Shown here piece by piece: positions 56,428 to 64,000 of a stretch of 64,000 nt of DNA. A program made the translations under genes and the position numbers. The DNA is from a virus. Lineage: Duplodnaviria > Caudoviricetes. The notes beneath the pieces are model-generated. The model made no database searches and was not told the origin of the DNA. It saw nothing but the letters and a program-made list of their open reading frames with translations. Position 1 is the first letter of the stretch; each line of letters begins with the position of its first letter. The stretch lies in the IMG/VR virus record IMGVR_UViG_3300032226_000829; one strand, written 5' to 3'.

Positions 56428-57129
56428 ATGCCCATAAGCAACATAAACATAGGAACCATTGCCAATGACGGCACAGGTGATGATTTACGCGAAGCGTTTA
56501 TCAAAGTCAATAATAATTTTGCTGAACTCAACGCAAGAGATCCTGAATCAACCACAGTCAGCAACAGACTCACTGACACCAACTCTATTAAAGGGTTATT
56601 TTATCAAAAATCAGGTGTGGATCTACAATTCAAAAGTTTAGAAGCAGGCAGTAACATATCATTCACCAGCAACAATGACAAAATCACCATCACTTCATCA
56701 GGAGTGGTGAGCATATTGGTGTTTGGTGACACAGGTCCTCATTTGACCATCAACAGCGTGGGCATGTTGGAAGTGTTTGGCACCGGTGGTGCTGCCACAA
56801 GAACTCTCAGCAATGGAACCACTTTAGAAATAGAATCTTTGTTGGCCAATGAAAGTAATCCCACACTCAGTGCCACTCTTACAGGTGCTGGCAATGACAT
56901 AGTGGGCATTGACAACATTCAAGCTGCCAATGTGGATGCATTGGTGTATGATATTGATGTGAGTGATAGAAATTCATTCATTGGTTTTGACATGGGTGAG
57001 ATTCAATTGGATGCTGCCAACAATGAGAACATCACCAACTTATTGGATCTTTATTTCAGCCAAAATCCAGTGGACATGGGCACCATTGCATCTCCCAACG
57101 CCACTGTGTTTGACTTCGGCGCTATATAA
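56428..57129 (+). CDS. Baseplate/tail protein with gp9/gp10-like N-terminus
   Basis: INIGTIANDGTGDDLREAFIKVNNNF; LQFKSLEAG. Confidence 0.75.
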   Translation: MPISNINIGTIANDGTGDDLREAFIKVNNNFAELNARDPESTTVSNRLTDTNSIKGLFYQKSGVDLQFKSLEAGSNISFTSNNDKITITSSGVVSILVFGDTGPHLTINSVGMLEVFGTGGAATRTLSNGTTLEIESLLANESNPTLSATLTGAGNDIVGIDNIQAANVDALVYDIDVSDRNSFIGFDMGEIQLDAANNENITNLLDLYFSQNPVDMGTIASPNATVFDFGAI

Positions 57130-57150
57130 TTCTCTCGATAAATACAACAT

Positions 57151-59670
57151 ATGAGCAACTTGTGGACACAGCCAACCGGATATTCATTGGGCACTATTGC
57201 TGAAAGAACTGTAACCACCATCAGTTTGCCAGTGAACACAGTGGATTCCATACTTGTGATAGCAGGCACTTTGCCTGGTGGTTTGAGACTGCAGGGCACT
57301 GCTATTGTGGGCACCACAGTGGAGGTTGCTAGAACCACACAATCAAGATTTGTGCTGCGAGCTCGATTGGGCAACGATATTCAAGATAGAACCTACAGTA
57401 TCACAGTGGCAGGACCAGATGATCCTGTTTGGATCACTCCATCAGGTCAATTGCCTGTGGGTGTAAACAATGCATTATTTGTGTTGGACAGTGCTTACAT
57501 AGATTATCAATTGGAAGCCACTGATACAGATCTTTCAGCTGGTGATGAATTGGAATATTATATTGCCAGAGGTGATGGAGAATTACCACCAGGCATCACA
57601 CTCACCAAAACAGGCAGATTGACCGGAGTGATAGATCCTGTGTTGGCTTTGGACATAGCAGCCAGCAGTGGTCATTATGATGTCAATACTTTCAGTGCAT
57701 TTCCTTATGATTTTGGATTGAGAAGTGCCAGTGGATTTGAAAGTTTTTATTATGACGTGGAATTTTATGATTATGCCATAAGCACCAAATCACCCAAAAA
57801 ATTAAATCGTTATTATGAATTCACAGTGAGTGTGAGTGATGGTGACAGTGTAGTCAAACGCACTTTTAGAATATTTGTGGTGGGAGATGATTTTTTACGA
57901 GCAGACAACACCATATTACAAGTGGGTGGCGGAACATTCACTTCAGATGGCACTTATATCAGAACTCCACAGTGGCTCACTCCAAGAGATTTGGGCTACA
58001 GAAGAGCCAACAATTATGTCACACTGTATCTAGAACTGTATGACCCCAACACCATCACAGGTTATGTGGCCTACACACTGAGACCCACCAATGATGACGC
58101 CACAGTGAGCACACTGCCTCCAGGTTGCACATTGGACAGCACTTCAGGTGAAGTGGCAGGTCGAGTGCCTTATCAACCAGCAGTGACCAAAGAATATAAA
58201 TTCACTGTGAGAGCCACAAGATTTGGAGCCAACAATGAAAGTCTAGCCATCAAAGACAAAACATTTGTGGTGAAAGTACTGGGAGAAGTGGACAGTGTGA
58301 TCAATTGGAACACTGACAGTGATTTGGGCAGTATCAATGCCAACTTTGTGAGCACTCTATTCATTGCAGCCACTACCACAGTACCCAACGCTCAATTGAG
58401 ATATGTGATCACTGCAGGTGCGTTGCCCAACGGATTAACATTGGCATTGGACGGAGAAATATTAGGCAAAGTGAGACAGTTTCCTTTGAATGGATTATTG
58501 GGACTCACCACATTTGACAACAGAGATTTAACTTTGGACAACAATCAAACCAGCGTGGACAGAACTTTTGTGTTCACAGTGGAAGCCAGAGATCAATTTG
58601 GATACAGTGCTACCACAAGAACTTTCACGTTAAAGGTGATAGCTGCCAGTGATTTATTATACAGCAATCTTTATGTGAGACCTTTTTTAAAAATTGATCA
58701 AAGAAATTCTTATCTAGCATTGATAGGAGATCCAGAAATTTTTAAACCCAGTTCCATATATAGACCCAATGACGAACTGTTTGGCATACAAAAACAATTA
58801 AAAATGTTGGTGTATGCTGGTATTGAAACCAAGACCATTAATTATTACGTGGCTGCCACAGCAAAAAATCATCGCAGAAAAAGATATCAGTTGGGCTCAG
58901 TGAAGACAGCAGAAGCCAAGGAACCCGGCACCAACACAGTGCTGTATGAAGTGGTGTATGTGGAAATTGTGGATCCCCTAGATGATGCGTCACAACAGGT
59001 GGCCAGCAAGATCAAGATCAAAAACAACAACATCATAACCATCAGTCAAACTGAAATTGAAGTGTTGGATGATGTGACCAAATTAAACGTGGGTGGCAAC
59101 ACCTACACATTGTACGCCAACAATAATCTGCCCATTGCTGTGGGCACCATAGGCAACAATCTGCAGATCTATGCCCGAACAGGCAGTCTTATTTTAAACA
59201 CAGTGACTGGCATATTGAGTGTGACTCTACAGAATGGCACAGTATTGAATGTGGGCACAGTGGTGAATAATCCCACAGACGCATTTAGATTCAGACCCAA
59301 TCACAGTGTGATCAGAGTGGACAGCAACATATTAAACATTGCCAATCCCAATGACATCGAAAGATATGTGAGCAATACCACCAACATGCGTGCCAATCTT
59401 AAATTGATAGGTGAAACAGAATCAGAGTTTTTGCCCTTATGGATGCGTACAGCACAGAAAGAACAAACACAGCCATTGGGATATATCACAGCAGTGCCAT
59501 TGTGTTATTGCAAACCAGGCACCAGTGCTGCCATTGTGACAGCATTAAAGAACAATGATTTTGATTTTAAACAGATAGATTTCGAAATAGACAGATACAT
59601 CATAGACAGCACCACTGAAAGCGGCACAGAACAGTATGTTATGTTCCCCAATTATCAATATAACATTTAA
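57151..59670 (+). CDS. Baseplate wedge-like protein with putative Ig (He_PIG-like) repeats
   Basis: Repeated G.LP.G..L...G...G units; C-terminal PLWM...Q...PLGY...PLCYCKPG, F.IDRYII. Confidence 0.75.
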   Translation: MSNLWTQPTGYSLGTIAERTVTTISLPVNTVDSILVIAGTLPGGLRLQGTAIVGTTVEVARTTQSRFVLRARLGNDIQDRTYSITVAGPDDPVWITPSGQLPVGVNNALFVLDSAYIDYQLEATDTDLSAGDELEYYIARGDGELPPGITLTKTGRLTGVIDPVLALDIAASSGHYDVNTFSAFPYDFGLRSASGFESFYYDVEFYDYAISTKSPKKLNRYYEFTVSVSDGDSVVKRTFRIFVVGDDFLRADNTILQVGGGTFTSDGTYIRTPQWLTPRDLGYRRANNYVTLYLELYDPNTITGYVAYTLRPTNDDATVSTLPPGCTLDSTSGEVAGRVPYQPAVTKEYKFTVRATRFGANNESLAIKDKTFVVKVLGEVDSVINWNTDSDLGSINANFVSTLFIAATTTVPNAQLRYVITAGALPNGLTLALDGEILGKVRQFPLNGLLGLTTFDNRDLTLDNNQTSVDRTFVFTVEARDQFGYSATTRTFTLKVIAASDLLYSNLYVRPFLKIDQRNSYLALIGDPEIFKPSSIYRPNDELFGIQKQLKMLVYAGIETKTINYYVAATAKNHRRKRYQLGSVKTAEAKEPGTNTVLYEVVYVEIVDPLDDASQQVASKIKIKNNNIITISQTEIEVLDDVTKLNVGGNTYTLYANNNLPIAVGTIGNNLQIYARTGSLILNTVTGILSVTLQNGTVLNVGTVVNNPTDAFRFRPNHSVIRVDSNILNIANPNDIERYVSNTTNMRANLKLIGETESEFLPLWMRTAQKEQTQPLGYITAVPLCYCKPGTSAAIVTALKNNDFDFKQIDFEIDRYIIDSTTESGTEQYVMFPNYQYNI

Positions 59671-59715
59671 AGCATGAAGCAAACAGATAAATAAGTACAA
59701 ACAGTAAGGAAAAAT

Positions 59716-60279
59716 ATGCCCAGCAACATCAACACAACCAGCATTGATCAGACATACCCTGTGGCAGGGCAGGACAACAACAGCCAAGGATTTAGAGATA
59801 ATTTTACCACTATCAAAAGTAATTTTGTCACAGCCAAAGCAGAAATAGAAACATTACAAACCAATACTGCCAAACTGAATGCTGCCAATAATTTTGGCAA
59901 CAACAGCATCACAGGTGCTAAATTTATCAACAACACCACCACAGTGTACAGTGCAGGCACCATAACCACTCCACAAAATATCAGCATAGAGAATGGAAAT
60001 TTTCAAACATTCATCGTGGGAGCAAATTTAACACTGACTTTCACTGATTGGCCCACAGTAACCAATGGCTTGTCCAGCATCATTGTGGAATTAAAAAGTG
60101 ATAGCACACTGAGAACTGTGGTATGGAGCACAGAGAACGCAGGATTGATCTACAAAGACTCAGATTTCCCCACACCATTCACAGTGCCTGCCAATCAAAA
60201 TCCTCTGTATGTGGAATTTTGGACCTACAATCAGGGCGCCACAGTGTTTGGCAAATACTTGGGTTCATTCAGCAACTAA
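59716..60279 (+). CDS. Virion structural protein
   Basis: YPVAGQDNNSQGFRDNF..IK N-terminal motif. Confidence 0.7.
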   Translation: MPSNINTTSIDQTYPVAGQDNNSQGFRDNFTTIKSNFVTAKAEIETLQTNTAKLNAANNFGNNSITGAKFINNTTTVYSAGTITTPQNISIENGNFQTFIVGANLTLTFTDWPTVTNGLSSIIVELKSDSTLRTVVWSTENAGLIYKDSDFPTPFTVPANQNPLYVEFWTYNQGATVFGKYLGSFSN

Positions 60280-60288
60280 TTCACTGTC

Positions 60289-60522
60289 ATGTTTCATCCA
60301 CTCAGCGAGGATCTTAATCAGTACAGCATCAGTCAATTGGAATCCAAACTATCGGATTTACGTACCAAATATTTTCAAAGCCGCAATCCACAACTGCGTC
60401 AACAGATTGGTGTGTTTGTAGAAGTGTACAATCAAGAGCTCAAACAAAGATTGGCTGCAGAACAATTGAAAATGGCAAAAGATACCGGAAAAGATCTTGA
60501 CAATCTCATCAATATCGATTAA
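60289..60522 (+). CDS. Hypothetical protein
   Basis: 77-aa helical ORF. Confidence 0.7.
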   Translation: MFHPLSEDLNQYSISQLESKLSDLRTKYFQSRNPQLRQQIGVFVEVYNQELKQRLAAEQLKMAKDTGKDLDNLINID

Positions 60523-60543
60523 TATACAGCATAATATTACATT

Positions 60544-61059
60544 ATGCGAACAGACAGTTTAGGTTTACCCATATTCGATCATCATGACGCTGTAGATTTA
60601 ATTTACCAAAATAAATTATCAGTGCTCACAGATCTTCAGTTTGAATCTCATCAAGACATTGATACTTTTAATCAATCAGCACAACTCACAGGAGTGGGCA
60701 CACCTTTGAGAGTGTACAAGCCCATGCTGGTGGATGTGAAAGAATTTGACAAGTTGCTGCAGAGTGAATGGTTCATGCCAGACAGTATGAAAAAATTTGA
60801 CATTGAATCACACATATTAAACATTGCTCCCAAACATGCTCAGGCGAGAGTACAGGAGGAATTGGCAGCATTCAAACAACACAATTATTTGAATCTATTG
60901 AAATTTTTGCATTATTTGGTACAAAACATGCGTGAGAACCAAATTCTTTGGGGAGTGGGCCGAGGCAGTTCAGTGGCATCCTATGTGCTGTATCTGTTGG
61001 GTGTACACAGAATTGATTCCATCCAATATGGCTTGGACTGGCGAGAGTTCCTTAGATAA
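60544..61059 (+). CDS. Stand-alone fragment of DNA polymerase III alpha (DnaE)
   Basis: RVQEEL, GVGRGSSVASYVLYLLGVHRID, ...WREFLR*; ends just before the PDxDxD catalytic motif. Confidence 0.8.
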   Translation: MRTDSLGLPIFDHHDAVDLIYQNKLSVLTDLQFESHQDIDTFNQSAQLTGVGTPLRVYKPMLVDVKEFDKLLQSEWFMPDSMKKFDIESHILNIAPKHAQARVQEELAAFKQHNYLNLLKFLHYLVQNMRENQILWGVGRGSSVASYVLYLLGVHRIDSIQYGLDWREFLR

Positions 61060-61086
61060 ATACACACATAATAGGAGACAACAAAT

Positions 61087-61386
61087 ATGGCTATCAAACA
61101 GAGTGGTAACAAAGTTTACAAGAGTATGCAGGGCAAACAGATTGATATTGATCTGTTGAGACAACGCAACGAATTAACTCCAGCTGTGGGCAATGCTAGA
61201 GTGAATGCTCGCGGTGACGAATTAGGCGCTGGTGGAAAAATTGTTCGCAAACGTGAGGAAGTTTTGGCTGATTATTACAGAGATCATCCTAAGACTGTGC
61301 CTACCACAAGAGCAAAAGCAAAAGCAGACAACACCAATGAAGAGTGGGTGGAAGATGCTGAAGGTAATTTCGTTAAGAAAAAATAA
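61087..61386 (+). CDS. Hypothetical protein
   Basis: Strong RBS; AVGNARVNARGD.LG.GG.I motif. Confidence 0.75.
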   Translation: MAIKQSGNKVYKSMQGKQIDIDLLRQRNELTPAVGNARVNARGDELGAGGKIVRKREEVLADYYRDHPKTVPTTRAKAKADNTNEEWVEDAEGNFVKKK

Positions 61387-61389
61387 ACT

Positions 61390-61749
61390 ATGAGCTCATA
61401 CAAGATTCTTGAGGGAGAATTGATTCCGATCAAGGATCGTGTGATTGTGAGCGACATGAGTTTCGATTCTATAACCACCAAAGGTGGCATCATATTGAAT
61501 TCAGATGATGGCAAGGTGCATGGTATCAAACCTAGATGGGCCAAAGTGTACGCCAAAGGCAAGGACAACACAGATGAATACACTGTGGGTGATTGGATTT
61601 TAGTGGAGCATGGCAGATGGACCAGAGGTGTCAAAATCAAAACCAACCACACAGAACAAGTGCTGCAGATGGTGGAAGCCAAAAGTGTTATGATTTGGTC
61701 AAAAGAAAAACCAGAAGAATCCTACGTGAACAAAGAAAATCAACTCTAA
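61390..61749 (+). CDS. groES: GroES-like co-chaperonin
   Basis: PIKDRVIV, TKGGIIL, KVYAKG, VGDWIL. Confidence 0.85.
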   Translation: MSSYKILEGELIPIKDRVIVSDMSFDSITTKGGIILNSDDGKVHGIKPRWAKVYAKGKDNTDEYTVGDWILVEHGRWTRGVKIKTNHTEQVLQMVEAKSVMIWSKEKPEESYVNKENQL

Positions 61750-61754
61750 AATAC

Positions 61755-61783
61755 TTGACTTTCCACACAATCTGTCATATACT
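61755..61783 (+). promoter_or_regulatory. sigma70-type promoter, leaderless
   Basis: TTGACT-N17-TATACT, 6 nt before ATG 61790. Confidence 0.7.
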
Positions 61784-61789
61784 GATGGT

Positions 61790-61957
61790 ATGAAATTTCC
61801 TGAAACTAGAAATCCTGGATTAAACACCACTGGTGTGTTGGGGATCACATTGATGATATTGCATATCATAGGATATCTTATGGGATGGTGGTGGATGTTG
61901 ATATACATACCTTTGATACTGTCAGGCATGGGACAAGAATTTTTAAAAAGGAACTAA
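61790..61957 (+). CDS. 55-aa membrane protein (not in ORF track)
   Basis: MKFPETRNPG...LGITLMILHIIGYLMGWWWMLIYIPL; TAATG coupling to the next gene. Confidence 0.65.
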   Translation: MKFPETRNPGLNTTGVLGITLMILHIIGYLMGWWWMLIYIPLILSGMGQEFLKRN

Positions 61958-62874
61958 TGAAAGAACTTTGGACAGAAAAATACAGACCTAAAACACTGGA
62001 TCAATATGTGTTTAGAGATGAACATCAGAAAAAACAAATTCAAACTTGGGTCAAAGACAAGAGCATTCCTCATTTATTGTTCAGCGGCAATGCTGGCATA
62101 GGCAAAACCACATTGGCCAAGATACTATTGAATGAATTACAAGTGAATGATCTGGATGTGTTGGAAATCAACGCCAGCAGAACAAACTCTGTGGATGATG
62201 TTAGAGCAAAAATTGTTAACTTTGTGCAGATGATTCCGTTTGGTGATTTTAAGGTGGTATTGTTGGATGAAGCAGACTATCTATCTCCCAACGCACAGGC
62301 AGCACTGCGTGGTGTGATGGAAGAATATCACACAACATCAAGGTTTATATTAACTTGCAACTATCCCAACAGAGTTATACCAGCATTACACAGCAGATGT
62401 CAAGGATTCCACATTGAACGTGTGGATCAAACAGAATTCACAGCCAGAGTGGCTGAAATATTAATGAAAGAAGGAGTAACTCCAGATTTAGAAACATTGG
62501 ACACTTATGTTAAAGCCACATATCCAGATCTTAGAAAGTGTATCAATGTGGTACAAATGAACGCACAGAATGGCGTGTTATTAAAACCACAAAAAAGCGA
62601 CACAGGAGAATCAGATTACAAACTGGGCATGGTAGAATTATTCAAAGCAGGTAAAATCACTGAAGCAAGGAAGTTGGTATGCAGTCAAGTGAGACCCGAT
62701 GAAGTGGAAGACATTTACAAATGGATGTATGATAATATCACATTGTTTGGTAATGACACACGCCAAGAAAAAGCTATTATAATCATAAAACAAGGACTAG
62801 TGGATCATACACTGGTGGGAGATCCTGAAATAAATCTTGCTGCCACCATGATCAAACTTTCCCATATGGAATAA
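61957..62874 (+). CDS. Sliding-clamp loader subunit (RFC/gp44-type AAA+)
   Basis: WTEKYRPKTL, GNAGIGKT, INAS, LLDEAD, SRC, DLRK..N; start at 61957. Confidence 0.93.
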   Translation: MKELWTEKYRPKTLDQYVFRDEHQKKQIQTWVKDKSIPHLLFSGNAGIGKTTLAKILLNELQVNDLDVLEINASRTNSVDDVRAKIVNFVQMIPFGDFKVVLLDEADYLSPNAQAALRGVMEEYHTTSRFILTCNYPNRVIPALHSRCQGFHIERVDQTEFTARVAEILMKEGVTPDLETLDTYVKATYPDLRKCINVVQMNAQNGVLLKPQKSDTGESDYKLGMVELFKAGKITEARKLVCSQVRPDEVEDIYKWMYDNITLFGNDTRQEKAIIIIKQGLVDHTLVGDPEINLAATMIKLSHME

Positions 62875-62875
62875 C

Positions 62876-63187
62876 ATGTACAGAGCCAGTCATATATTAA
62901 TCGGTTATCAAGGTGCAATGAGATACACAGGTCCTAGAACACAGGAAGAAGCCATGTTTGAAACTGCAAGAATAAGAAATGAAATTGCTCAAGGTGTGAT
63001 CACATTTGAAGATGCTGCTGTGAAATACAGTGATTGTCCCAGCAAACAGAATCAAGGAAATTTAGGCACATTCAAACCCAGCACAATGGATCAAGATTTT
63101 ATTGCTTTTATTGACACATTACAAGTGTCTGAAGTCAGTGGAGTTTGTCCCACTGTGTACGGATATCATATTATCCGAAAAAATTAA
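62876..63187 (+). CDS. Parvulin-type peptidyl-prolyl isomerase
   Basis: ASHILI, FEDAA.KYSDCPS...G.LG.F, YGYHII. Confidence 0.9.
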   Translation: MYRASHILIGYQGAMRYTGPRTQEEAMFETARIRNEIAQGVITFEDAAVKYSDCPSKQNQGNLGTFKPSTMDQDFIAFIDTLQVSEVSGVCPTVYGYHIIRKN

Positions 63188-63903
63188 TCTCCGTAAATAT
63201 CCAACACTTCTTTCACAGCAGGATGACGTTCAATGTCCCCTTTGTGAAAACTCACTATATCAATGCGTTGAGCTTTGTCTGTTTTATTTAATTTTTCTAT
63301 AAAATCCAACAATCCATTATCGTGCTGTCTGTCTGCTTGATTTAAATCACCTGTCACAGCCATTTTAGATCCTTGACTCAAACGTGTGAGCAACATCTTC
63401 ATTTGACTGTGTGTGGTATTTTGACACTCATCTGCCACTATGAATGCTCGTACAAAATTCCTGCCTCGCATGAATGCCAAAGGTGCTATTTCAATCACGC
63501 CTTCATACATCATACTTCTAAGATCTTCTGTGCGAAAGTATTCTTGAAACACATCAAATATAGGACGTGTCCATGGTGCCATTTTTTCTTCCAGTGTGCC
63601 AGGTAAAAAACCAATGTCTTCATCCACACTCACTGCTGGTCTGGTGATGATGATGCGATCCACCTGTCTTTGTTTGAACATTTTGATGGCCACCTGAACT
63701 GCCAGCAATGTTTTGCCTGTGCCAGCAGGTCCCACACCGAATACAATGTCTTTGCTGGGGTCTAACAGTTTGATTAGGTAGGATTCTTGATTCTTATTGC
63801 GGGGTATTATTTGGACATCTTTTTGTTTTTCTATTTGATATTGATTAATTTTGAGTACATTATTGTGCTTGGATTGCTTTTTGAAAGCATTTTTTGAACC
63901 CAT
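63184..63903 (-). CDS. phoH: PhoH-like ATPase
   Basis: GPAGTGKT, TRPAV, GFLPG, RGR, DECQN, GD..Q.D, RHP; RBS aaggag favours start 63903. Confidence 0.95.
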   Translation of the reverse strand: MGSKNAFKKQSKHNNVLKINQYQIEKQKDVQIIPRNKNQESYLIKLLDPSKDIVFGVGPAGTGKTLLAVQVAIKMFKQRQVDRIIITRPAVSVDEDIGFLPGTLEEKMAPWTRPIFDVFQEYFRTEDLRSMMYEGVIEIAPLAFMRGRNFVRAFIVADECQNTTHSQMKMLLTRLSQGSKMAVTGDLNQADRQHDNGLLDFIEKLNKTDKAQRIDIVSFHKGDIERHPAVKEVLDIYGD

Positions 63904-64000
63904 CGACGCTCCTTGGTTAATGGTAATGTACAAGTATTTATGGAGATTAAGTGTCTATAAAACTACCATGTTATACCTATTGCTATGGCTAAATAATGTA

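Larger units (their letters stand above)
1..64000. other. Segment of a large lytic tailed-phage genome (T4-like/jumbo-like), probable alphaproteobacterial host
   Basis: Baseplate/tail genes, clamp loader, GroES without GroEL, nrdAB, phoH, recurrent TAAATA late-promoter motif, dense short ORFs, no rRNA or cellular housekeeping operons. Host inferred from hemA (C4 pathway), two-piece tmRNA and pcyX. Confidence 0.9.

Overview
This is a 64-kb, AT-rich, gene-dense segment of a large tailed dsDNA phage with T4-like/jumbo-like features: TAAATA late promoters, RFC/gp44-type clamp loader, GroES-like co-chaperonin, baseplate/tail cluster, nrdAB and phoH. No rRNA, tRNA, CRISPR array or integrase was seen. 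The host is probably an alphaproteobacterium (inference from a C4-pathway ALA synthase, a circularly permuted two-piece tmRNA and a hemO-pcyX pair). Left part (1-17 kb): virion and putative head-internal proteins, many with an N-terminal M-x-[I/L]-x-E motif, including a Pol-beta/PolX-like nucleotidyltransferase paired with a KxDG ligase-like protein, and a likely -1 frameshift at an A9G tract. Middle (17-45 kb): auxiliary genes for nucleotide, iron/heme/bilin, translation-rescue and proteostasis functions (nrdAB, grx, cspA, tmRNA, hsp20, clpS, hemO, pcyX, bS21, clpP, DNA ligase, queD, uvsE with an in-frame stop, SOD, iscA). Right part (45.8-64 kb): baseplate/tail genes with an intact subtilase, a stand-alone DnaE fragment ending just before the catalytic motif, groES, clamp loader, parvulin and phoH. 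Many genes have a promoter -10 element 5-6 nt before the ATG, which suggests extensive leaderless translation. All protein calls come from motif recognition by eye; no database searches were run.
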